From: Octopus sinensis
Lineage: Eukaryota
Direction of reading: 5' to 3'
Assembly: GCF_006345805.1 (NCBI RefSeq)
Contig: NC_043005.1
Coordinates: 88,226,001 to 88,290,000, forward strand
Length of the DNA stretch: 64,000 bases
How positions within the stretch are numbered: the stretch's first letter is position 1; the number at the start of each line of letters is the position of its first letter. Shown piece after piece: positions 53,838 through 64,000 of the stretch. Below the pieces are notes generated by a model. That model was given only the letters and a program-made list of their open reading frames with translations, did not search any database and had not been told where the DNA came from. Made by a program: the position numbers and the translations under genes.

Positions 53838-54208
53838 TCTTTTATATGCTTTAGTCATTTACTGCAGCCATACTGGAGCACCGCTTTTAGTCGAACAAAT
53901 CGATCCTAGGATTTACACTTTGTAAACCTTATTCTTATTCTATCGGTATCTTTTGCCGAACCGCTGACTTATGGGGATGTAAACACACCAACATCGGTTG
54001 TCAAGCAACGACGGGGTGACAAACACAGACACACGAACATTTACACACACGTATACGACGGGCTTCTTGCAGTTTCCGTCTACCAAATCTGCTCACAAGG
54101 CTTTGGTTGGCCTGAGGTTATAGTAGAAGACACTTGCCCAAGGTGCCAAGCGGTGGGACTGAACCCGAAACCATGTGGTTGGTAAGCAAGCTACTTACCA
54201 CACAGCCA
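53838..54208 (-). mobile_element. SINE family A, full length
   Basis: Reverse complement of the 3215-3635 type. Confidence 0.85.
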
Positions 54209-54540
54209 TATCGTCAATAAATCATAAATCCGAAAGATAAGCACGCTCTGTGTTATAGAACAGGAGAAAGTTAGTTATGGCCAGTTCATAGGGTTACCCA
54301 GATAGGATATTCCTTAGGCTAGTAGATAGGCCCTTTATACTATCGCATAGGTATGGACTCCTATTCAACTGACACAACCTAAGAGTCTCTCTTTTAGCTG
54401 CACCCCCAGTATTAAGAATACTTTAGTTAACACCCGTAGAGCACAAGCGGTAGCAGAATGCACATGCAGGGACTACAGCAGATGGTCAGTGGGAGGCCAG
54501 TGTGAAACTAAGTGGGTCGTGTACGAGGCTGAAGTGGCAT

Positions 54541-54900
54541 CGTCATCATCATCATTTAACGTCTATTGTCCATGGCATAGGTTGGTCCGTTTGACCAAGG
54601 CTGCTAAGTTGAGGGGCTGAACCAAACTCCTGTGTGATTTGATATGGTTTCTATGGCTGGATGTCCTACCTAACATCAACCACTCCAAGAGTGTAACGGG
54701 TGCTTTTACGTGCCAGTTGCATGGCACTAGTATCTGCCACGATTACGATTTCATTTTGCTTGATGGGTCTTCTACTCAAATACAACATATTGCCAAAGGG
54801 CTCGGTCATTTGCCATTGCCCTTTTGAACCTCAACACTCGAAAGGTGCCTTTTACGTGGCCCTGGCACAGGTGCCAGTCATGTGAAACCCATGCCATTGG
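54541..54900 (-). mobile_element. RTE-type 3' UTR fragment
   Basis: (CAT)n-ttaacgtc...ggtgcttttacgtgcca resembles the reverse complement of the RTE tail at 23700-23921. Confidence 0.55.
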
Positions 54901-55089
54901 CATAGGTGCCTGTTACGTTACGTTAGTGAAGTACTACCTGACCCTAACAGCAGCAGAAACCCTTCCAGCAACTACGGCAGTAACAGACCCAGCAGCAACA
55001 CCATCGCTGTTATTAATAATAGCCACGGCAGCAACTAGACCAGAAATAGCAGCAGCACGCTCGCTAATGATAGTAATAATAATAATAAT

Positions 55090-55296
55090 TTCTACTTTAG
55101 GCATAAGGCCTGAAATTTAGGGTAAGGGATTGAGTCGATTACATCGACCCCAGCCCGTAACTGATACTTATTTAATCGACCCCGAAAGGATGAAAGGCAA
55201 AGCCGACCTCGACGGAATTTGAACTCAGAATGTAACGGCAAACGAAATACGGGTACGCATTTCGCCCGGCGTGCTAACGATTCTGCCAGGTCGCCG
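55090..55296 (-). mobile_element. SINE family B
   Basis: Matches the 4325, 24813 and 29217 copies. Confidence 0.8.
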
Positions 55297-55299
55297 CAT

Positions 55300-55850
55300 T
55301 AATGATAATGCTTATAATGATAACAAAACAACAAGAATAACTACAACCACTATAGCGCAGACAACGGTTCCAACATCGACGATGGTTGTAGCAACACCAA
55401 CGGAGACGCGAACAATGACAACAACAGCACCAACACCAACTTCGCCACTGATGATGTCCCCTACACCAGCATTAACGACGCCAACACCAGCGCCGACAAC
55501 AGCTGAAGTAACAGTGTCAACAACATCACCAGAAGCAGCGACGGCAATAGCAGCATTCAAAGATATATCGGACGTTCCGGAAACACCTTCAAGCAGCGCC
55601 TCTCCAACCACGAGTCCTCGTTAAGGATCCCGGGAAGACGTTATGCCATGTCTTTGGCCAGCCGTGGCGCCGAAGGACGAAGGGACTCCATAGGTATTCA
55701 CAAGGCAGATCCTAGAAAAAATGGTGCCCTACATCAATGTAGTTGCAAGCTGTGCATAGCGGAACGGGCGAGAATATTAAAGAAGTCTCTTGACCTGAGA
55801 AACATCTTATATTCCAGGACGAAAGTCTTCAGACCCTATTTATATTTCAG
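55300..55850 (+). mobile_element. Penelope-like 3' fragment (low-complexity linker plus GIY-YIG C-terminus)
   Basis: CSCKLCIAERARILKKSLDLRNILYSRTKVFRP matches the PLE terminal 'C.LC..E...I......LLN.R.E' motif; preceded by an Asn/Thr-rich linker like that of the 40-kb element. Confidence 0.55.
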
Positions 55851-55950
55851 GCGAAATAGTTGAGAAGCAAGCTTCTTAGGGTGACGCCACAGAAGATGTA
55901 ACTAAATTTAAATGAAAGATCAAAGAAACCTATTTTGTATATTTTCCTAG

Positions 55951-56173
55951 GTGTGCTATTCCTGGTTACAACAATGACACTTATAAAATCCAAAGTGAAA
56001 TCGATGAAGAACTGATCAACGAATATATTCCAAAGAGTGAAGATGAAGGGGAGGTGGTTTATGATAAATGTTTGATATATTCCAATACCACAGAAAATGG
56101 AAATCGAACGACACAGAAGTGCAGCTCTTGGGTGTATGATAAAACCAACACGCACAACTCAATCACCTCTGAG
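55951..56173 (+). CDS. SLC22-like gene 2, second coding exon (large extracellular loop)
   Basis: Acceptor attttcctag|g and donor tctgag|gtaagg (phase 2 to 0). Encodes CAIPGYNNDTYKIQ...YDKCLIYSNTTENGNRTTQKCSSWVYDKTNTHNSITSE, with conserved loop cysteines, 'C..W.YD....SI.SE' and three N-glycosylation sequons (NDT, NTT, NRT). Not in the ORF track. Confidence 0.93.
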
Positions 56174-56299
56174 GTAAGGTTCTTTTGAAAGTCACAAGTC
56201 ACATACAAGCTAATCTGTTTATCATTCTATCTACCTACCAAACTGTTTTACTCTCCACCTATCAATCTATCTATCCATACACACACATATGTATCTATC

Positions 56300-56336
<37 letters not shown>

Positions 56337-56375
56337 TATGTATTTATAAATATACATATATATATGTATGTATGC

Positions 56376-56406
<31 letters not shown>

Positions 56407-56481
56407 AAAATATGTGTGTATATGTATATATGTGTGTATATATATATACATATATATATATATACATATATACACACACAT

Positions 56482-56528
<47 letters not shown>

Positions 56529-56529
<1 letters not shown>

Positions 56530-57815
56530 GAGGGGCGTTCAATAAGTAATGCCCCTGACCCACTTCCCATAGCAGTAGAGCAACGAAACTTGGCACAGTT
56601 ATTAGTCTTTTCTACATAGGAACCACCCAGAGTTACGCATTTCTCCCATTGTTTGATGCAGCTCTGGAGACCGTTTTTGTAGAAGACCCCAGCTTGGTCC
56701 TCCAACCTGAACGTGACTTCAGAAATCAAGGCTGCATCATCTGGGAAACGCTTTCCTTTCAAAAACAACTTCATGACTGGGAAGAGGTGAAAATCAGAGG
56801 GTGCAAGGTCAGGAAAGTAGGGGGATGGGGGAGGAGTTCATAGCCATACGCCTGTGCTTCTGATGTGGCGACAAGCGAGTTGTGGACCGGAGCGTTGTCC
56901 TGCAGGAGGAGGATGCCTTTGCTGATCTTGCCCTGCCTCTTGATTTTGATAACTTCTCTTAATTTCCTCAAAAGTGAAGCATAATAAGCTCCTGCAATTG
57001 TGGTACCCTTTGCCAGGAAATCTGTCATCACTACTCCGTCCTGGTCCCAGAAGACTGTGAGCATGACCTTGCCAGCGGAGGGCTGCACCCTTGCCTTCTT
57101 TGGAGGGGGTGAGTCACGGTGATTCCACTGCATTGACTGGGCTTTGGTCTCTGGATCATCGTGATGGACCCAGGTTTCATCCTCTGTAATCAGTCTTTTG
57201 AAAAATGTTGACTCATCTTCTTGACACATCTCCAAATTCACCCTCGAGCACTCGACGCGTTCTTGCTTCTGGAAAGGCGTGAGCAACCTTGGAATCCATC
57301 TGGCAGACACCTTTTGCATATGCAAATGGTCATGAATGATAGTTTCCACAGACCCGGTACTAATCTTGACCTCATGGGCTATTTGGCGAATAATTATGCG
57401 TCGATCTTCCAAAATGGCAGCCTCAACTTGACGGACAGATGCCTCATCAATGGCAGAAGGGGCGACCAGATCTGGGAGCTGTTTCCACAGAGTTCCGACC
57501 ATGTTTGAATTCACGATGCCAGCGTTTTACAAGGTCATATGATGGGGCATCATCACCATAAGTTACTTTCATTTCATCAAAAGTCTCCCGTGGTGTGCGT
57601 CCTTTCAAATACAAAAACCGGATCACTGCTCGACATTCAACAGGCTCCATTTCACACTTGGCTCGGTTCAAACACCTGTATTTGAAACCACAATTAATTC
57701 AGAGCTGTAATTTACCACTTACTCTATAGAGATATGAATAATTGCACATACAAAATTTCAGCTAGATCAAACAACTGCAAGTGGGTCAGAGGCATTACTT
57801 ATTGAACGTCCCTCG
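56529..57815 (-). mobile_element. Full-length mariner (irritans-like TIR start CGAGGG) with TA TSD; transposase frameshifted
   Basis: TIR cgaggggcgttcaataagtaatgcccctgacccactt at 56529 and its reverse complement ending at 57815; TA at 56527-28 and 57816-17; 1287 bp. Motifs RWIPRLL, TEDETWV and QDNAPVH. Confidence 0.95.
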
Positions 57816-58046
57816 TATTTATAATAGGAGAAGGGATATAATATCCAAGCAGATACCGAATTTCTCTATTTAGAATGCCAAGGCTGGTTCCTTGAGATGG
57901 TGCATTTTATGGTAAACTTCCTTTAACATCCGAGTTACAGTTTATTTATTGGCTATATAGAGTGTAAAGTACAATATTGATAAGGAGAATGAAGAATTTG
58001 AACATTCAAACTTTATGTTAAATTCCAGTTAGTTTATTCATAATAA

Positions 58047-58143
58047 CTATCCGACACGTGTTTCGATCGTATTAATTGCATATTGTTGTATATTGCATAT
58101 GCAGCGATTTATGCATTATTAGTACAATCTCTTCAGGGCATAT
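58047..58143 (-). ncRNA. Type-I hammerhead ribozyme motif with long stem-loop II
   Basis: Minus strand: UAUGCC-CUGAAGA-GAUUGUA-(long loop)-UACGAUC-GAAA-CACGUG-UC-GGAUA. Stem II 7 bp, palindromic ACACGUGU stem III, GUC cleavage triplet, stem I 5 bp with one bulge. Confidence 0.72.
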
Positions 58144-58613
58144 AAGTATGACATTGTTTGAAAAGGAGTTTTCCTCCGTTATTAATTTGAATTAGGCTTT
58201 GTAGTTGTAGTTAACCATCACACTCTTCGATGAGTTGTTTTTCTCAACTGATTGGTTGGATAAATTTCAGAAGCAACATTGTTTGTTGAAGTTGGCAAAT
58301 GTTCTTGGCTAGTTGGGAGTGGTTATTTATAGAATAGTTATCTTTAATTGATTCCACATACTTTATAGTCACGTGGTATTTTGATGGATTTCAGAGTTGA
58401 TTTATTGTTTGAATTTTTCTGAAGGTTATTAATTACAAGGCATTCAGATCCACGTAATTATTAAAAGTAGTCTGTTGTACTTTTAATTTTACTTCTTCTT
58501 CCCCTTGTTGTTGTTGTTGTTGTTTTTACTTTTAATCTGCAACTGTGTTACAGTTACTTGCCGAAACACACCCATCGTCCTGAAGCGAGTGAAGGACAAG
58601 GGAATTTACAGGA

Positions 58614-58670
<57 letters not shown>

Positions 58671-58676
58671 CATTAC

Positions 58677-58764
<88 letters not shown>

Positions 58765-58779
58765 TAGTTTTATTTTTAT

Positions 58780-60080
58780 ATCGTGCTTTCACTTCACTAC
58801 CGAGCGCAGCTCTGTGTGCCTTGGGTATGTGCTGTGGTTTGTTGCGATGCTCTTATTGTTACTGTATTGAAAGTGTTTTGCGTAGGGTGCGTGCGCTGCC
58901 TAGTAGTGCTATTTTCCGTATGTTATATATACTTGTTAGTCCTGATGTTTTTGTTATGTATTTGTCTGAATATTTTTTATCATACCTAGTGCACCTACTA
59001 TGATAGGAATTGTTTCTGTTTTTAGACTCCACATTCGAGTTACCTCTATTTCCAGGTCTTTGTTTTTTGAAAGTTTCTCCATTTCTTGTAGAGAAACGTT
59101 GTCATCTGTTGGTATTCATACGTTGATTAGAAAGCATTTTTCTTTTTTGGTGATCTCTGTCAACTATATCGGGCCTATTGGCCTTAATTTCTTTATCAGT
59201 GTGTATTGGCACATCCCAGAGTATGGTTGCTTTCTCATTTACTGTGACCTTTTCTGGTGTGTGCCTATACGTCTTATTTTTCTGTTGTTATTTCATTGTC
59301 TTGGCATAGCGTCCAGTGTATATAGATCCCAACTCTGTGGTGTATGTGAATATATTCCTTCTTAGCCAGGACTGGGCAGTCAGAGACAATACGATTTATT
59401 GTTTCTTGTTCATCTCCACTTATTCTGCAGTTACTTATGTTTGTTTTCATTATATGTTTTTGGCAATTTCTGGTGGGGAGGCTTTGGTCTTGTGCTGCAA
59501 TTAAAAATCCTTCAGTCTCTGCTTTGAGTCCTGAGCTTCTCAACCATTGCTGGGATTTTGCTTTGTCTATTTCTTTTGCGTTTAGTCTAACCAAGTATTT
59601 GCCATGAAAGGGTTTTTCTTGCCATCGTTTTATCATGGTCCGTTGCTGCTCTGGTTTTAGTTTGGATTTCGCCTCTATCACCTTCCATAAGTTATATAAC
59701 TTTTCTAAGTCAGATTTTGGGTGGTGCATCTAAAATACTATCATTATTTTTCTTGTTTTCCTGTCTATTTTGATTAGTTCATTTAGTGTTCAGATAAAGA
59801 TATTGTAGCTGTAACTTATAACTGAGACAGCTAGCGTGCTGATACCTATAATCTTGTTTTTCGCATTCAGCTCTGTTTTTAGTATTAATCTAACTCATCT
59901 GTAGTGTTCTTTTTTTTCATATTTGTATGTTGTACCAGATCAAGTTCATTGATTCCTAAGTATTTGCATGTCTGACTTCGTTCTAATTCTCTTATTTCAT
60001 TTGCTGTATCTAGTGTGATGTTGCTATATTGTATCTTAACCTGTTTTTTTATTTTACTTCTTGTCATCTTCCTTTCTGCC
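58780..60080 (-). mobile_element. R4/Dong-type LINE 3' fragment
   Basis: CKYLGINE, MHHPKSDLEKLY, WQEKPFHGKY, LKAETEGFLIAAQDQSL and ETIN.IVS.CPVLAKKEY; ends in a (TAA)n array at 58610-58762. Confidence 0.85.
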
Positions 60081-60857
60081 AATTCTACGAACAGCATTAC
60101 TCTATTATCTTACTAAAATATATGAGTCTATATATAGACGTATACACGTATATATGTGTGTATGTATATAAATACAGATGTATGTATATATACATATGTA
60201 TGTATGTTTATACATCATGTGTGTGTATGTGTGTGTGTGTGTAAAACTGTTAGCTATGATCTTGAAAAACATTCAAGTTGTTAATGGAAAGAAGTAAAGT
60301 TGACCTCTTCAAATCTTGAATATTGAATATTTCTCAAAAATATAAAAGTTATTATTTTCGCTTTAGTTGACAAAGAGGACATTGTGATTAACAGCTTTAA
60401 CAATACAAACATTGAAATGTTATATGAAAGAATCATTCAGAACTTGTTGCTGTGTGAATTCATACAATTTCATGGTATCTGCATTCTATAAAAAGGGGGC
60501 GTTGCAATATTTAACTTCTTTTCATTCGTTGCTCAATATAATTTTGTTTGAGACTTTGCAACCGTCATAGATAAGCATTTCCCATAACCATAAATTTCCG
60601 TTATCTTTTATCTTTTACTGGTTTCAGTCATTAGACTGTGGTCACGCTGGGGCAATGCTCGAAGACTTCTACTTGGACAATCGACCTCAATAGTTATTGT
60701 TTTTCTTTAAAGCCTGGTATTTAATATATTGCTCACTTGTGCTGAACTCTTAAGTTACGGGACTGTAAACACACCAAACTCGGTTGTCAAGCAGTGGTGA
60801 GGAACGAACACACACACACACACACACGCACGCACACACACAAACACGCATACATAC

Positions 60858-60926
<69 letters not shown>

Positions 60927-60930
<4 letters not shown>

Positions 60931-61135
60931 TAATCCAAACGGGAAAACAGAAAAAACAACAATACGTGGAACAATTAAAGTATTATCATTATTAGGCGCT
61001 CGGGAAAAATGGAAGAAGGAGGGTATGACGTTTCGAGCGGAGCTCTTCGTCGGAAACATAAGAGAAGGAAGAAAGAAGAAAGAAAGATCCCGATGTGGGC
61101 GAACAGAGGGGAAAAAAACGCGACTGGTTTTTACG
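60927..61135 (-). mobile_element. Penelope-type terminal repeat fragment
   Basis: Reverse-complement homologue of the 18300 and 48490 copies; abuts (TA)n. Confidence 0.7.
61023..61057 (-). ncRNA. Minimal hammerhead motif (U4C variant, GUC site)
   Basis: Minus strand: GUUU-CCGACGA-a-GAGC-ucc-GCUC-GAAA-CG-UC-AUAC; stem I 3 of 4 bp. Confidence 0.55.
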
Positions 61136-62371
61136 AAATAAACATGCTGAAAGGCCGGAAGTTTTGGATAACAAGGGCTGGTTTTTAAAGACAAAAGAGC
61201 GGAGACAGGAGGGTTGGTAACAAGAATGATGTGTATGTATGTGTGAGTGTGTACGTGTGCGTGTGTGTATGTGTGTGTACGTGTGCGTGTGTGTATGTGT
61301 GTGTGAGGCGAAATAAAAAAATATATGTATATGTTAGTGCGTGCGTCTGTATGTAAGTGTGTGTACGTAGGGCGAAAAGTAGTTGACATAGCAGTCTCAA
61401 GTGAGTGGTCAGTAGTAAAAGGAGGAAGGAGGGAATGGGTGGGGGCGTATGTAACGTGCCAGTGTGTGTGTTGAGTGGTAGTGTGTGTGTGTCCAGTGTG
61501 CGTAGTTGTGTGTATGGCAAGTAAATTTGAAGTGTGTGTAAGTGTAATGTATATATATATGCAAATGTGTGTGTGTGAGTGCGTGGGAGTGGGTGTATGT
61601 ATGTGTGTGCGTGTGTGTACAAAAGGGGGGGTATTAAGGAAGCAAACTGCAACTGAGGGAAAGATGGAGGAGTGCTCATATATATATACCTACATACATA
61701 TATATAAATGCATATATATATACATATACATATACATACATGTATATATATATAGTCTCGACCACGGTCGAACAATGATGATGATGATATATATATATGT
61801 ATAAATATATAAAATATGAATTAGAGATAAAACCACTATTATGCAACTCAAACAGTGATAGACATAAACCTATACATATATAACGAATAATATATATAAT
61901 TAATATAATATATAATAGATATACATATGACCAGAAGCAATAGATGACACTTACACAAGGGGCCATGCAGTGGAACTGAACCCAGAACTATGTGCTTGGG
62001 AAGCAAACTTCTTACTACACAGCCATGCTTGCACCTACACAATCATGCCGGAAAGATTTTACATGGTCACAGCCTTTAATTACTGTACATATGTACAACT
62101 ATCATGAGAAACTCAGTATTAGATGCACACACCAATGCAATAACTGCCACATGCACGAGAAGAAAAGCGAATGTTGGAAATTAAGAGAGTAATATTTGTG
62201 TCTTTATGTTTAGTATGAAATGAAGACAGCTTAAACAGTTTGGATGGGATATCAATGTTTATAAATTGGTTAGGGTTGTTATGTTCTACCAAGATCTTTT
62301 TTATACACATTGCTCCTAAATTCTATTTTCAATTTAGTTGCAAGATTCTATTCGAGCGTGCGTGTGTTGCC

Positions 62372-62443
<72 letters not shown>

Positions 62444-62519
62444 GTGTGTGTACGTGAAAATGAATGTACACTGCCCCATCACAGTGAATCCGCCTGATCT
62501 TTGATTTCTTCAGGAATTT

Positions 62520-63120
62520 CTGACTGTTGATCGCTTCGGAGTTAAAGTCATCAGACAAGCATCAGTTTGTTCTCCTGTTGGCCATTGCCATAAATATGGT
62601 GACCATGTGGACGAAGGCGAAATAAGGAAGATCCTCATCTAAGTCAGGGGTTGGACAGCCCCCAGTAAGAGTATTTATAGCTGACATTGGTGGCATTAGT
62701 CCCAAACAGTTGGTGAATATTGCAAGACATAATTTACCAAGAAAGACTTACAACCTACCAAATCAAGTTCCATGATGCCAGAGAAAGGGAAGATGGTTGA
62801 AAAATTCTATTTCTTACTGTCTGGAACCACCAGTCACTTTACTGCTAATTAACAATCAGGAGAACTCTTTTACACAGCTCTGAAAGCTCTGCCATCCTTC
62901 AAAATCCCATCAATTACAATGGTCAACAATTCAGGCCTGAACAAGAGAAATCATAGAATAAGGGACAGTTGGGACCTGAAGGTGTCATCAATTGGAATCA
63001 AAGTGGAAATGGAAAGTTGCAGGGTTATGCCTAATACCAAAGGAGTTGAGGAGAACCATGGCAACAGGCAGAATGGGTTTAGGATAATTCATACAAGACC
63101 CAAGGTTGACAAGGTCGAAG
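62520..63120 (+). mobile_element. Possible highly degraded LINE RT remnant
   Basis: ELFYTALKALPSFKIP resembles the RT 'EL..ALK.L...KAPG' segment; other frames are broken. Confidence 0.35.
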
Positions 63121-63126
63121 ACAAAG

Positions 63127-63398
63127 ATAGACACCATCTTATCCAGGGAGATATCTGTGTATAGACACCATTTTATCCAGGGAGATGTCTGAGTACAGAC
63201 ACCATCTTATCCAGGGAGATATCTAAGTATAGACACCATCTTATCCAGGGAGATATCTGGGTACAGACACCATCTTATCCAGGGTGATATCTGGGTATAG
63301 ACACCATCTTATCCAGAGAGATATCTGGGTATAGACACCATCTTATCCAGCGAGATATCTGGGAATAGACACCATCTTATCCAGGGAGATATCTGGGT
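63127..63398 (+). repeat. 34-bp minisatellite, 8 copies
   Basis: Unit atagacaccatcttatccagggagatatctgggt starts at 63127, 63161, 63195, ... 63365. Confidence 0.93.
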
Positions 63399-63781
63399 AT
63401 ATGGAGGATGAAAGAGTGAAGAAAATGGAATAAGTTCTAGGGTTTTATTGATAGAGTTTTCTACAAAAGTACATCTCTATGATGCAATGCATGTTGGAAC
63501 TGGATATTGATTGTGGTTCCAAGACATTGTCGCCATAGCGTGAAGTGTTCTGGCAATGGTTATTGATAATCTTTCCAATATAACTCCTGGGTCAGAAAAG
63601 ATTCTGAGACTAATTCTTGAAAACAATCTTTACAACAAAGTCCCTCCACACAAAATATTCTGGGTGGCATAAGTGAAGGAATGAAATTTGCCTAGGGGTG
63701 CAAACCCAGGTCCAAAATATTTTATAAAATGAATTCAATCTTTTTTCAATCTTAATATTGAAACAAACTCAGTTATAATAA

Positions 63782-63849
<68 letters not shown>

Positions 63850-64000
63850 GAGTGAGAGAAAAGTGCATGCCATCAAAGTAACACTGGGTTAAAATATACG
63901 AAGCCCAGTATACCCATCATGACTACCCATCTGATAAGGGTACAGACACATGCATCACAACCATATGTGCGTGACATGGTGATCTCATATCAAGATAAAC
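63850..64000 (-). mobile_element. Second copy of the (TAA)n-embedded repeat, truncated by the window end
   Basis: Reverse complement of ~34390-34540; abuts (ATT)n at 63785-63849. Confidence 0.7.

Noticed and set aside
55271-55624. Mucin-like Thr/Pro-rich ORF
   Set aside because: It is low-complexity (ACA/CCA) sequence within a PLE linker remnant; the ORF start lies inside a SINE and there are no splice signals.
55885-55925. CAGAAGA...GAAA motif just upstream of the exon 2 acceptor
   Set aside because: Core mismatch and no stem II pairing; cannot be distinguished from chance.
62325-62350. 'FNLV' peptide as candidate exon 3 of gene 2
   Set aside because: There is no AG acceptor in front, the conserved Cys is missing, and it runs into a (GT)n repeat.

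Overview
This is eukaryotic, AT-rich, microsatellite-dense genomic DNA. The SINE/LINE/Penelope repertoire and the (TA)n/(TACA)n/(GATA)n arrays suggest an octopus or other cephalopod; this is an inference, no database search was run. The host genes are two tandem, same-strand SLC22/Orct-type organic cation transporter (MFS) genes. Gene 1 contributes its last five coding exons (4648-11931). Gene 2 contributes its first two coding exons (49656-49798, 55951-56173) and continues past the window end. All splice sites are GT-AG with consistent phases. The ~38 kb between the genes, and the introns, are a layered transposon graveyard: CR1-like, R4/Dong-like (RLE), Tx1/L1-like and RTE LINEs; three mariner elements (two with intact TIRs and TA target duplications) and a maT-like fragment; tRNA-derived SINEs (two with clear TSDs); several Penelope-like elements (PLEs); and a composite non-autonomous Helitron inserted into a PLE GIY-YIG domain. 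The most notable non-coding signal is five recognisable minimal type-I hammerhead ribozyme motifs of three designs, mostly in PLE terminal-repeat contexts, plus decayed relics. Both recognisable motifs inside SLC22 introns are antisense to the gene. Most ORFs in the supplied track are microsatellite or antisense artefacts. I found no wholly new protein-coding system.
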